Shown here piece after piece: positions 1-8,796 of a stretch of 64,000 nucleotides of DNA; within the stretch, counting starts at the first letter, position 1, and each line of letters begins with the position of its first letter. Position numbers and translations under genes: made by a program. The notes beneath the pieces were generated by a model. It searched no databases. It was not told where the DNA came from and was given only the letters and a program-made list of their open reading frames with translations. The stretch is from a virus (lineage: Duplodnaviria > Caudoviricetes): positions 699 through 64,698 of IMG/VR virus record IMGVR_UViG_3300028284_000006; one strand, 5' to 3'.

Positions 1-158
1 GGTATATGTGTCTTCTCTGAGGACTCAGATGATAATGTATCCGGACTTATCCATGAGACACCATTAACCGTTGAGGACAGTACCTGTCCTGAAGCTCCTG
101 ATGAATCACTATTATCCTTGAGGCCCGCCTGGACCTCTATATCGCTCTTAAACTTCAT
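1..158 (-). CDS. Partial tail/tail-fibre protein (N-terminus; runs off left edge)
   Basis: ATG at 158, open to the edge: MKFKSDIEVQAGLKDNSDSSGASGQVLSSTVNGVSW. Resembles the LYDSTNSLGSNGEVLTKVSAGTEW motif in the fibre at 60093. Confidence 0.65.
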   Translation of the reverse strand, partial: MKFKSDIEVQAGLKDNSDSSGASGQVLSSTVNGVSWISPDTLSSESSEKTHI

Positions 159-173
159 ATACTGTTTTATTTA

Positions 174-1490
174 TTAAGAATATGTCACTGCACTATCTGA
201 AACGCTGTTTTTAGCATCTATTACAACAACCCTTATGTCATTAGTAGGTGTTTGTGCAAATATAATAGAAATCGCGTTATTGCTAGTGTGGTCCACATCC
301 GCAAAAACAACCTCACCTGTTGTCGCGTCATACATCTGAACAATTAAGTTCTTAGAGGTAAGTCCGTGAGTAAACGAAGCTGTAGTGTTGGTTCCCATTG
401 CACTTACATCAATCAATGCAGCTGCTGTTGCTAATTGATTATCTGAATTAACCACAGTTTCAGTAGCTGATGTAATCCCTGTAATGTGACCGTAAGTATC
501 AAGAGTAATATCCTGAATGTAAGTTCTTCCTGAATTATCTACAGAAGCTTGGGTTGATGTGTCAGCGTGATCAATAGTAACCTCAGTAGCTGAACCATTT
601 AAAGTAAAAGTACCTCCACCTGTTAAAGCATCTCCAGCTGTAATAGTAATTGTATCATCACTTATATCAGAAGTTAATGCAACCGTTCCTGTAGCGTCTG
701 GTAATGTAACTGTTTGGTCTGCTGTAAGCGTTCCTGCTAGTAATGTTAGTTCATTATTATCAGCAGCGTTACCTTCAAACACTACACCATTGCTTGTTGA
801 TACAGTCTCTACATTGTTTGTAGTTGTTGTACCTGTAACCTGTAAATCCCCAGGTATAATAACAGTAACATCCGAAGCATCACCTATTGTAACATTCTCT
901 GATATTTGACCTAACCTTGTTATTAAGTTTGCAACGTTAACATCTTCATCTACATTGTCTGATGCAGGTATAGTTATCGTAGAAACATCAATAGCCGTAA
1001 TGTGACCCTGTGCGTTTGTAGTTACACCTGTTACTGCCTCAAAAGTACCACCGTATGCAGGTGCATCTGTAGAGGTTGTGTCTGTTCTAGTTACATCAGC
1101 ATGGTCAATCGTAATTGTTTCGATAGTTGCTTGGTTTGTAGTGAAGTCACCACCTGTTACCAATCCTACTCCAGCTTCTATCGTAATCGTAGTATCATTT
1201 ACCAGCTCATCCAATGAACTCAAGTCTATAGTCAAGTCAGACAATGAACCTGTTCTTGTTAAGACAAGGTCTGTACCTGACAGGGAAGCACCGTCAACGT
1301 AGTCATTAGTGTTTGATGTTAACGAAATCCAAGCGGAACCGTTGTAATACTTTACAGTGTTTGATCCTGTATCGTAAATAATACCAGCTTCAGCATCTAC
1401 TGCTGCTCCTGCTGTTGTTTTGTGTAGTAGTGCATTCCTAAGCTCTGCACTGCTCTTTAAGTCTAAATGTTGTAAAAACGGTATCGCCAT
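174..1490 (-). CDS. Virion structural / tail-associated protein
   Basis: 438 aa, Thr/Asp-rich. Twice-repeated ITIxAGxxLxxGGxFTxN...TIDHAD...GHIT module and a C-terminal FTHGLTSKNLIVQMYD domain. Confidence 0.6.
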   Translation of the reverse strand: MAIPFLQHLDLKSSAELRNALLHKTTAGAAVDAEAGIIYDTGSNTVKYYNGSAWISLTSNTNDYVDGASLSGTDLVLTRTGSLSDLTIDLSSLDELVNDTTITIEAGVGLVTGGDFTTNQATIETITIDHADVTRTDTTSTDAPAYGGTFEAVTGVTTNAQGHITAIDVSTITIPASDNVDEDVNVANLITRLGQISENVTIGDASDVTVIIPGDLQVTGTTTTNNVETVSTSNGVVFEGNAADNNELTLLAGTLTADQTVTLPDATGTVALTSDISDDTITITAGDALTGGGTFTLNGSATEVTIDHADTSTQASVDNSGRTYIQDITLDTYGHITGITSATETVVNSDNQLATAAALIDVSAMGTNTTASFTHGLTSKNLIVQMYDATTGEVVFADVDHTSNNAISIIFAQTPTNDIRVVVIDAKNSVSDSAVTYS

Positions 1491-1494
1491 GTTT

Positions 1495-2208
1495 TTAGTT
1501 TAAGTATGCCTTACCACTCTGTGCAGAAAGCAATGTTATTGTTAATTCGTTGTTGTTTATATATTGAACATCTGCCAATCCCTGCTGTCCTGTAGACAAC
1601 ACAACCGAAACAGATGGATGTTTTCCTAAATTATGTGTTACACTCCACACGGCAGAAGCATTGTTCTGATTATGGGTGTAGTGCTTGTCTACGTCGTTGT
1701 TTAATTGAAGCAAAGATACGAAATAATACTCGTCCTCCACTATGCTGCCATTTCCTGATATGTATGTAAGGCTGCAGGTTTTAAAAACCTTATCTCCAAA
1801 AATATCTTCAAAACCATCTAAGGTAAAGTACCCAAAAATAGAAGGGTTCTTTGCGCTCTGTATAATAACAGTAGACCCAATCATAGATCTAATATAGGTA
1901 ACAAAGTCGCTACCACCAACTGTTCTATTATGGAATATAAGACTACTCAATGTAGAAATCGGAACAGTCGCTCCTACTTCAGTTGGAAATGAAAAACTTC
2001 CAGACTTTCTATCATCACCTACATCAACAGTGTCATACAAGAATTTTAATGAGTTTGTCTGGTCTATACCTTCACCTCTATTGTAAAAATCAGATAGACC
2101 TGATGCAGTAAAGTTTTTTGTTCTTCCACCTGTAGCACTGTCTGAACCTATCCACTTGTCCTGACCAGTTATCTCACTATCTATTATGTATTTTTTTATT
2201 TTTGTCAT
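1495..2208 (-). CDS. Virion structural protein
   Basis: 237 aa. C-terminal HNQNNASAVWSVTHNLGKHPSVSV domain typical of phage tail accessory proteins. Confidence 0.55.
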   Translation of the reverse strand: MTKIKKYIIDSEITGQDKWIGSDSATGGRTKNFTASGLSDFYNRGEGIDQTNSLKFLYDTVDVGDDRKSGSFSFPTEVGATVPISTLSSLIFHNRTVGGSDFVTYIRSMIGSTVIIQSAKNPSIFGYFTLDGFEDIFGDKVFKTCSLTYISGNGSIVEDEYYFVSLLQLNNDVDKHYTHNQNNASAVWSVTHNLGKHPSVSVVLSTGQQGLADVQYINNNELTITLLSAQSGKAYLN

Positions 2209-2651
2209 TATTTTATATATTTCCCAATAACTTTTCTAGCAAAACTTCTAAACCCTAAAACATCTATAATTATTGCAGCCAATACATACTTGTACCAGTC
2301 AGGCAAACAATCTAGGTTCTCATAAGCAATACCTATATCCTGCGCAAGGTTAGTAAAGTCAGAATCATTGTATGCTATTATAAATGGCGATGTTGTTGCT
2401 ATAAACACAGGAACTAAGAAAAGGTAAGTAACAACCTCATCCTTCAATGTATGTTTCTTGTCCTGTGCAGTTATAAGGTCTATCTGGTTGTCTGAGTCTG
2501 TATTAGAGAGCGTTCTATCAACCGCAGCCTTTGTTTGAGCCTCTAATATAGAATGCTCCTGTTCTTGCTTTAAACGTTTTAATTTTGCTTTATTTTCAAA
2601 GTAACCCTTACTAATCCCTAGTACAGATCCAAGTATTCCTAGTATGTTCAT
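2208..2651 (-). CDS. Holin-like membrane protein
   Basis: Hydrophobic N-terminus, two further TM segments, basic C-terminus, adjacent to the endolysin. Confidence 0.55.
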   Translation of the reverse strand: MNILGILGSVLGISKGYFENKAKLKRLKQEQEHSILEAQTKAAVDRTLSNTDSDNQIDLITAQDKKHTLKDEVVTYLFLVPVFIATTSPFIIAYNDSDFTNLAQDIGIAYENLDCLPDWYKYVLAAIIIDVLGFRSFARKVIGKYIK

Positions 2652-2652
2652 A

Positions 2653-3042
2653 TTATTTTTTATTTGTAAAGTTCCATCTAGCGTTAGAACCCCTTACATC
2701 TACGTGTGTAAATGTTGAGTAACGACCCACACCACCTTTTGTTATTAGCTCAGACTTCATAAGAGCTTCAACATGGTCTGCAACCTCCTTAGGTTCCATT
2801 CCATCTACCTGAAGGTCAGCAGCTTTACCCAAAATATGTTGTGATGTTTTTACACCACCTACCTTCTGATTATGCTCTTTACACCTGTAAGAATTAGTGA
2901 TTTTTATAGGTTTACCTATAGTATCCCTCAATACCTGTAAGTCCTTAGCTAATGTCTCTATATTTTTTTTAACAAAATCAGGTATTTTACAACCGCAGTT
3001 GCACTCAAATTCATTTAAGCTAAAATTGTTTGTTAATTTCAT
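2653..3042 (-). CDS. Endolysin, peptidase M15A family
   Basis: LTNNFSLNEFECNCGC, ITNSYRCKEHN, SQHILGKAAD and FTHVDVR Zn-ligand motifs. Confidence 0.9.
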   Translation of the reverse strand: MKLTNNFSLNEFECNCGCKIPDFVKKNIETLAKDLQVLRDTIGKPIKITNSYRCKEHNQKVGGVKTSQHILGKAADLQVDGMEPKEVADHVEALMKSELITKGGVGRYSTFTHVDVRGSNARWNFTNKK

Positions 3043-3353
3043 TTATTAGATTTTTTTATAACTCTTTGTATTTGCTCTGGAGATATACTTAATTTAAAAG
3101 TTATATCAGCAGCCCACTTACCAATAGGTTTACCGTTTTTGTACATAGTTACAAAGGGGACAGCTCTAACCTTATCTCTAACGCTTTTTGGCTGATCTTC
3201 TAAAAACACTTTTATGTGCTTCACGTTTTGTAGTTTAGGTACTTTTGCTGAGTTTCCTGAATTCCACTTAGAATTTATCTCCAGCAATACGTATTTTTGA
3301 GAATAAATATTAAAAGAAATTGTAAATAAAATTAAAAGTAGAATTTTTTTCAT
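3039..3353 (-). CDS. Secreted thioredoxin-fold-like protein lacking CXXC
   Basis: Likely start MKKILLLILFTISFNIYSQ (signal peptide). EINSKWN and VRAVPFVTMYKNGK resemble a Trx fold with cis-Pro. Confidence 0.5.
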   Translation of the reverse strand: MKKILLLILFTISFNIYSQKYVLLEINSKWNSGNSAKVPKLQNVKHIKVFLEDQPKSVRDKVRAVPFVTMYKNGKPIGKWAADITFKLSISPEQIQRVIKKSNK

Positions 3354-3357
3354 AATA

Positions 3358-3639
3358 TTATTTTTTTTCGATAATTTGATACAACTTCTCATCAATCTTA
3401 TCTAATTTTATACTATTATCTTCAACACGTTTTTGTGTATCTATTATAGTGTTTCTTATAAGTTGATCTTTTAAATCGTACTCAGTCCTGGTTACTTGTG
3501 GCTTTGGTAATTCTTTTGCTAACTCAATATCCTTCTGCAAAGCGAAATACATACCTACAAAAGAAACAGCAAATGAAATAATTATTATCAAAGTTTTGAC
3601 ATCAAGTGTTAACTCTGTATTTTCTGAAATCTTGTTCAT
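3358..3639 (-). CDS. Single-TM membrane protein with coiled-coil C-terminus (lysis-associated?)
   Basis: TLIIIISFAVSFVGMYFAL TM segment; position in the lysis cluster. Confidence 0.55.
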   Translation of the reverse strand: MNKISENTELTLDVKTLIIIISFAVSFVGMYFALQKDIELAKELPKPQVTRTEYDLKDQLIRNTIIDTQKRVEDNSIKLDKIDEKLYQIIEKK

Positions 3640-3655
3640 TTTTTTTTATTTTTAA

Positions 3656-3805
3656 CTATTTTTTATAAGGAAACAACTCATTCAACTGTTTTCTTCTAGC
3701 CTTACAGCCGCAATCTTTACCTGCAACCTTTTCAACAACAGCTTTTATGCCTGTCGCCTTCGTTACCTTGTGAATTGTGTCTCCTAATCCCTTACTTTTT
3801 GCCAT
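3656..3805 (-). CDS. Small basic protein (GLGDT...DCGC family)
   Basis: Read manually: MAKSKGLGDTIHKVTKATGIKAVVEKVAGKDCGCKARRKQLNELFPYKK, 49 aa. Confidence 0.75.
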   Translation of the reverse strand: MAKSKGLGDTIHKVTKATGIKAVVEKVAGKDCGCKARRKQLNELFPYKK

Positions 3806-3808
3806 AAT

Positions 3809-3922
3809 TTACTTTTTTACGCACCTATTTACCATCTTAGTCCTACCAGAACTAGTTTTTTTGTTACTTGGTGACTTTTTTTTACCTTTTGCCTCGTATC
3901 CCTTCCAACATTTTCTTTTCAT
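3809..3922 (-). CDS. Small basic protein with CWKGY...MVNRCV motif
   Basis: Read manually: MKRKCWKGYEAKGKKKSPSNKKTSSGRTKMVNRCVKK, 37 aa; packs tightly between its neighbours. Confidence 0.7.
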   Translation of the reverse strand: MKRKCWKGYEAKGKKKSPSNKKTSSGRTKMVNRCVKK

Positions 3923-3924
3923 AG

Positions 3925-4179
3925 CTATTTTCTTGATTTAGCGCCTGAACATTTCCAACGTTTTCTAGATAAGTTGTTAGGAGTGTTAGGATCGTTCCTT
4001 TTTTTAGCAGAAAGCCTCTTCTTTATACCCAAACTCCTCGCACAGTAGCTGTCGCCCTTAGAGGTACCTGGTTTTACCCTTGGTCCTCCACCTTTTGCCT
4101 TACCTGCCTGTCCATAACTAACCTTCTTACCCGATGCAGTTACCTTAACTTTCGCTTTCCCTTTCCTTGGTGTTGCCAT
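3925..4179 (-). CDS. Small basic phage protein (DUF6321-like)
   Basis: KVSYGQAG...SYCARS...NNLSRKRWKC motifs. Confidence 0.65.
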   Translation of the reverse strand: MATPRKGKAKVKVTASGKKVSYGQAGKAKGGGPRVKPGTSKGDSYCARSLGIKKRLSAKKRNDPNTPNNLSRKRWKCSGAKSRK

Positions 4180-4182
4180 GTT

Positions 4183-4269
4183 CTAGTATTTTTTCACAGA
4201 TGCAGGTTTCGCAGCTGCAACTTTCTTTTTCTTTACCTTGCATTTAGTTTTTGTGCCTGATTTCTTCAT
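4183..4269 (-). CDS. Tiny lysine-rich peptide
   Basis: MKKSGTKTKCKVKKKKVAAAKPASVKKY; fills the gap between 4179 and 4271. Confidence 0.55.
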   Translation of the reverse strand: MKKSGTKTKCKVKKKKVAAAKPASVKKY

Positions 4270-4270
4270 A

Positions 4271-4555
4271 TTATTTCTTTTTTTTGGTTCCTCTTGCTCT
4301 TTTGTCTCCAGAAGTGTTCTTTTTACTTCCTCTATTCTCTGATTGAGCTTCAAGGCGTGGTTTTTTACCAGAACGATGAGAAACATCTTTCTTATCTCCA
4401 TTTCCATAAGTACCGAAGAGCCTATTCAGACGATTCAGTTCACTCCTGCGCTTACTTTCACCCTTCTTCTTGTTGTACTTAGATTGATATTCGTTCTTCT
4501 TCGCTCTGGCTTCAGGATTGTCCCTGTAATATTTTGCTGATCTACTTAGACCCAT
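4271..4555 (-). CDS. Small basic HNH-like protein
   Basis: GDKKDVSH...SENRG resembles a minimal beta-beta-alpha-Me motif. Confidence 0.5.
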   Translation of the reverse strand: MGLSRSAKYYRDNPEARAKKNEYQSKYNKKKGESKRRSELNRLNRLFGTYGNGDKKDVSHRSGKKPRLEAQSENRGSKKNTSGDKRARGTKKKK

Positions 4556-4571
4556 TTTTTCTTGTTTTATG

Positions 4572-4592
4572 CAAAGATATGTATTATATTTG
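4572..4592. promoter_or_regulatory. Back-to-back Bacteroidota-type -7 promoter elements
   Basis: TATCTTTG on minus (4572-4579) and TATATTTG on plus (4585-4592). Both match TAnnTTTG and point at divergent genes. Confidence 0.7.
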
Positions 4593-4597
4593 TATCT

Positions 4598-5128
4598 ATG
4601 AAAAAGAGAAAGATGCGTAGAAAGTACGAGCGCAAGAATCCTAAGAAAAGTTATACGGGCGGTTTGAGGAAGAATTACAACAAAAAAGCACCAAGCTCAG
4701 ATTACCTTAAATTTTTTAGGGTTGTCAGGTACTGGGCTAAAAGGACCCACGGAGTGGGTCTCGCTGACCTCGAGATTTTACTTTTTTTATACAGCAAAGG
4801 GCTCTTTAAAAGAGCAGATTTTGATGAATTTAGCGAAATTTTCCCTTGGGATCAAGCTAGATTCGAGAAATTACGCAAGGATGGGTGGATTTCTGTTTGG
4901 AGGAAGTATGACGGATACAACGCAGCACTTTACGAACTATCATACAAAGGTAAAAGACTTTGCTTGTCAGTTTACAAGAAACTATCCGGTGAAGAAAAAA
5001 TATCAGAGTCACCAGGGGTGAACCCTATATTCAAAAAAAACCCGCCATACACCGATAAGGTATACAAGCGGGCTATCAAAAAAATGAATAGTTCTACAAA
5101 ACCACCACAACATCCCTCTCAAGAATAA
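4598..5128 (+). CDS. Winged-helix (MarR-like) DNA-binding protein
   Basis: LADLEILLFLY...FEKLRKDGWISVW...LYELSYKGKRL wHTH pattern; likely ATG at 4598. Confidence 0.6.
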   Translation: MKKRKMRRKYERKNPKKSYTGGLRKNYNKKAPSSDYLKFFRVVRYWAKRTHGVGLADLEILLFLYSKGLFKRADFDEFSEIFPWDQARFEKLRKDGWISVWRKYDGYNAALYELSYKGKRLCLSVYKKLSGEEKISESPGVNPIFKKNPPYTDKVYKRAIKKMNSSTKPPQHPSQE

Positions 5129-5351
5129 TAGAGTACTGATTCTCATCAATAATCATCTTATGTCCTGCTGACTTGTCGTAGTAGATAATATCTCCTTCCT
5201 TAATGAACTCAACATTAGTTCCTGGGTTGATAATTTTACCCTTCTTGTATCTGAAGTCCTTCGTGTCCTCACCCGTAAGTAATAGGCCAGAAGCTGTCTT
5301 CATCTCCTCTACAATCTCTTTTATTATAATGTACTTGTTTATTGCTTTCAT
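5094..5351 (-). CDS. groES: Co-chaperonin GroES
   Basis: KTASGLLL mobile loop, GKIINPG, IKEGDIIYY, IILERDVV; translationally coupled to groEL. Confidence 0.9.
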   Translation of the reverse strand: MKAINKYIIIKEIVEEMKTASGLLLTGEDTKDFRYKKGKIINPGTNVEFIKEGDIIYYDKSAGHKMIIDENQYSIILERDVVVVL

Positions 5352-6892
5352 TATCTCTTGTATGTTACAATTGCGTTAGTAGTTAGTATCGTTGTTGCAA
5401 CTGAGACCGCATTCTTAAGCGCATTCTTGGTTACTTTGGCAGGATCAATAACACCCATCTTGTACATGTTACCATACTCACCTGTCTTCACATTATACCC
5501 CTCGCCGAACTCGTTAATCTTCGCTGGGTATATTTTACCTGCGTTGTCAACAATCTGCTTGAATGGAGACATTAAGGCAAACCTCATAATCTTCTCGTCA
5601 AACGATTCACCATCAAGTGCATAAGACTCGAATAAAAGTGCAGCTCCACCACCAGGCAAGATACCATCCTCGATTGCAGACCTAACAGCACAAACAGCAT
5701 CCTCAACACGGTCGTGTTTCTCTTTCTGCTCAATGTCAGAGTCTCCACCAACAAAGACCACTCCTATACCACCAGATAAACTAGCAATTCTCTCCTTCAA
5801 GAAATCCTTCTCGCTTTTTTGGGTAGACCTGTTGTCCGCCTCCTTAAGCTCCTCAATCCTGTCAGATACAACATCTGTCCTTCCCTCGTCCCTTACAATA
5901 ACAGTCTTGTCAGTAGACACAACTATTTTCTGTGCATGACCAAGGTCCGCCATAGTAATCAAACTAAGGTCGTCACCCGTCGCGTCACTGAAGTACTTCG
6001 CGCCAACAGACATCGCAATGTCAGACATAAGCTCCTTGGTTTTATAACCAAACTGTGGAGGTACAATGTTACAAATCTTTAACCCATTCTTCACAACGTT
6101 CATACCAAGGGTGTTGATTACGTTGTCAGAACACTTCCCAATGATTAACAGCTTCTTGCCCTGTTGGATAATCGGCTTCAGTATGTTCTCAATACTAAGT
6201 ATGTTGCTAATATCTAAGTCCGTTGCCAATATATAAGCGTCGTCAAGGACGCACTCGTCGTTTTTTTGGTTGTTAATGAACAGCCTACTAGTGAAACCTC
6301 TGTCGATTTTTATTCCGTTCGTTACCTCGAAGTAAGTTCTGTCCGTTTGGCTGTTCTCGACAGTTACGACACCGTCTTTACCAACCTGTTTGTATACGTC
6401 AGCAATTAATAACCCTGTATCTCTATCGTTGTTGGCAGATATAGTTGCAACATCCTTCAATGTTCTACCTGTCACTTTCTTTGCTCTCTTAGACAATTTG
6501 TAAATTACCTGGTCAGCGATTTTATTCATATTACGAGTAAGCTCCGTCACATTAATTGATGGGTTCTCCTTAATTACACGCATACCCTCCAACACAATTG
6601 CCTCTGTTAGAACAATAGCCGTTGTTGTACCGTCACCAGCAGATGTTGCTGTTCGGTCAGCGGCTTCCTTCACCATTCTAACAGCGAGGTTCTCAACAGG
6701 ATCTTGTAAGTTGATAGACTTAGCTACCGTTACACCATCCTTGGTTACCGTTAATCCTTTTGTGTGTGTTTGTGATTCTAGAATTACTGTTTTACCTAGA
6801 GGACCTAGTGTACTTTTTACAGCTTTAGATATCTTAGTGATACCACTAATAAGTTTGTCTCGACCTTCTTGGTCAAAAAATAAGTCATTCAT
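5351..6892 (-). CDS. groEL: Chaperonin GroEL
   Basis: STLGPLG, VTKDGVTVAKSI, AGDGTTTA, GILPGGG, GVIDPAKVT. Likely start MNDLFF at 6892; no GGM tail. Confidence 0.97.
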   Translation of the reverse strand: MNDLFFDQEGRDKLISGITKISKAVKSTLGPLGKTVILESQTHTKGLTVTKDGVTVAKSINLQDPVENLAVRMVKEAADRTATSAGDGTTTAIVLTEAIVLEGMRVIKENPSINVTELTRNMNKIADQVIYKLSKRAKKVTGRTLKDVATISANNDRDTGLLIADVYKQVGKDGVVTVENSQTDRTYFEVTNGIKIDRGFTSRLFINNQKNDECVLDDAYILATDLDISNILSIENILKPIIQQGKKLLIIGKCSDNVINTLGMNVVKNGLKICNIVPPQFGYKTKELMSDIAMSVGAKYFSDATGDDLSLITMADLGHAQKIVVSTDKTVIVRDEGRTDVVSDRIEELKEADNRSTQKSEKDFLKERIASLSGGIGVVFVGGDSDIEQKEKHDRVEDAVCAVRSAIEDGILPGGGAALLFESYALDGESFDEKIMRFALMSPFKQIVDNAGKIYPAKINEFGEGYNVKTGEYGNMYKMGVIDPAKVTKNALKNAVSVATTILTTNAIVTYKR

Positions 6893-6915
6893 TTGATTAA
6901 ATTTTTTTGATGCCA

Positions 6916-6923
6916 CAAATATA
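6916..6923 (-). promoter_or_regulatory. Bacteroidota -7 promoter element for groEL-groES
   Basis: TATATTTG 24 nt upstream of the ATG at 6892. Confidence 0.6.
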
Positions 6924-6949
6924 AGAATAATATATTAAAGAAATGACCT

Positions 6950-7127
6950 GTGTCGACTTTTGAAAAATAAGGGGCAAACCCTATCTATATATAATACATT
7001 ATAATATATATTATTTTTTTTTCTGTAAATACAGAACAAAAGTCGACACCTCGACACATTCCCAATGATAGCAAGGGCTGAGGGCGTGTCGATACCGTGT
7101 CGACTTTTGATTTCCGTGTCGACTTTT
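6950..7127. repeat. TCGACAC/GTGTCGA box array L with AT-rich tract (candidate origin)
   Basis: Boxes at 6950, 7042, 7050, 7086, 7097 and 7116; AT-rich tract ~6982-7040 between inverted boxes. Confidence 0.85.
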
Positions 7128-7740
7128 AAGTATACTTGAAAGTAAGCTCTATAAATAACAGGTGAAACGTCAATTGTTTGTAGTTATATTCTTCATCCTT
7201 TGGAAAAAATGAAAAGCCGACACAAGGTCCGACATCGATTCTGTTTACTAGTTCTATAATCATACAGCAAAAGTAAACATATTTTTTTTATTCAGATATA
7301 TACAGCAAATGGGTTATATATACATATGACGCGATCGATCGGCCCAAGAAACCGTTTTTTTTTCGGCACAGGGGGTCTTTTTTTTTCATCATCACTCAGA
7401 ATTTTTGCCTTTTTTATAGGCTCGCGCGCGCGTGTACATCTATTACCACATCAATCTCATTTTACACATCTACACAATACACGTACAAAGGTACATACTC
7501 ACACACAATCCCAGGCAACCACACATTAACATATGTAAACACAAAAACAGAGCTCAAATTAACTTGTGATAAGATAAAATTGTGTACATACATACAAGGG
7601 AAGGATAGCCCTTTATATATTTATTGAAGGATCAAATTTTTCATGCAAAAAAGTTTATCTCTTAAAACTCTGGTTTCCAGCGATTTGATTGAAATATGGA
7701 TACGAAATGTGTATTTTTTTAAAAAAAGTTTACATTTTAT

Positions 7741-7771
7741 TTTGTCAAGTCGTTCAAATAGATTTACTTTG
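7741..7771 (+). promoter_or_regulatory. Putative early promoter
   Basis: TTTG (7741), 19-nt spacer, TTACTTTG (one mismatch to TAnnTTTG), upstream of the first early ORF. Confidence 0.45.
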
Positions 7772-7813
7772 CCTCGTCGGAGGGAATTAACCCACGCACT
7801 AAAACAATATAAT

Positions 7814-7927
7814 ATGAAAATTTCAGAAGAATCAAAGTTTTTTATAATGTTTGTTGTGATAACTGCTTTATTTTGGACACTAATAATTTGGGGATTGAAT
7901 ACATCTACTCCATACAATCCAATATAA
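7814..7927 (+). CDS. Small early membrane peptide
   Basis: MKISEESKFFIMFVVITALFWTLIIWGL..., one TM, A-rich leader. Confidence 0.6.
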   Translation: MKISEESKFFIMFVVITALFWTLIIWGLNTSTPYNPI

Positions 7928-7938
7928 AAAAAATAATC

Positions 7939-8145
7939 ATGAAACAATCAATCACAAAACGAGCGTACATCAAACTTATTGAAACGTATGTAATGAACTG
8001 TTATGACATCAGCGATATGTTAAATCCTACTTACAAAAATATCGATGCACAGAAATGTCTTGATATAGCTAACCAAATCAACGAAGAGGTTAACGGAGTT
8101 GAATATTGGGAGTATTCAGAAAAACTAACTCTTGAAAATTTATAG
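7939..8145 (+). CDS. Hypothetical early protein
   Basis: Start MKQSITKRAY after an A-rich leader. Confidence 0.6.
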   Translation: MKQSITKRAYIKLIETYVMNCYDISDMLNPTYKNIDAQKCLDIANQINEEVNGVEYWEYSEKLTLENL

Positions 8146-8147
8146 TC

Positions 8148-8246
8148 ATGAAAAAATCAACCAAGGAAACAATCACAAACATTTTATTTTTAACCGCGTT
8201 ATTCACAGCATTTTATCATGTGCTGTGGTTCGCCTCAAAATTTTAA
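8148..8246 (+). CDS. Small early membrane peptide
   Basis: Read manually: MKKSTKETITNILFLTALFTAFYHVLWFASKF. Confidence 0.55.
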   Translation: MKKSTKETITNILFLTALFTAFYHVLWFASKF

Positions 8247-8249
8247 ACC

Positions 8250-8366
8250 ATGAAAAAAATCATCATTATCATTATCATTTCAATAGGAATACAATCATGC
8301 GGTAGCACAGGATACTGCACAACAAAATCAACTAACCGTGGCGGAGGCTACTACGTAAATAGATAA
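8250..8366 (+). CDS. Small lipoprotein
   Basis: Read manually: MKKIIIIIIISIGIQS-CGSTGYCTTKSTNRGGGYYVNR, with a signal peptidase II-type lipobox. Confidence 0.65.
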   Translation: MKKIIIIIIISIGIQSCGSTGYCTTKSTNRGGGYYVNR

Positions 8367-8370
8367 AATT

Positions 8371-8511
8371 ATGTTTAAAAAAGAAACAATTGAGGACAAT
8401 AGCTTGTTAGTATTAGCGCTTGAAACATTGCTAGAGCAATTAAAAGATGGAGATGGCGAGCAAGTAAAGATTGATAGAGTAGAGTCTTTAATCTCAAAAA
8501 TAAATAGTTAA
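8371..8511 (+). CDS. Hypothetical early protein
   Basis: 46-aa ORF with AAAATTATG start context. Confidence 0.55.
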   Translation: MFKKETIEDNSLLVLALETLLEQLKDGDGEQVKIDRVESLISKINS

Positions 8512-8555
8512 CTGACGAAACGCCTAACGGCGTCTTAACTTAAAAATGTAAAATT

Positions 8556-8792
8556 ATGGCTTATAACGGATGGAGTAACTACGCAACATGGAAGGTAGCA
8601 TTAGAAGTATTTGATGGAACAGAGTTTGAAGAAACGGTTGAACCATCATTCTTAGAAGAGTTAGCAGAGGAAATAATCTTCGGAGATACAGACAGAAACA
8701 CATTTGTTTCAAACTACGCACAATCCTTCTTAGAAGGTGTTGACTACTTAGAAATTGCAGAGGTTATAAACAGAGAAATATTATCAAACTAA
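8556..8792 (+). CDS. Conserved acidic phage early protein (YNGWxNYxTW family)
   Basis: MAYNGWSNYATWKVAL motif; very acidic. Confidence 0.7.
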   Translation: MAYNGWSNYATWKVALEVFDGTEFEETVEPSFLEELAEEIIFGDTDRNTFVSNYAQSFLEGVDYLEIAEVINREILSN

Positions 8793-8796
8793 AATT

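Noticed and set aside
7038-7127. CRISPR-like array
   Set aside because: Repeats are only 7-8 bp, occur in both orientations with irregular spacing, and no cas genes are present.
7326-7947. ORF-track entries 7326-7529 (+) and 7621-7947 (-)
   Set aside because: Low-complexity translations of a regulatory region, or antisense to better-supported early genes.
8511-8535. Hammerhead ribozyme (CTGACGA followed by the ACGCC-TAAC-GGCGT hairpin)
   Set aside because: The required GAAA after stem II is missing and stems I and III are not evident; at most a small hairpin.
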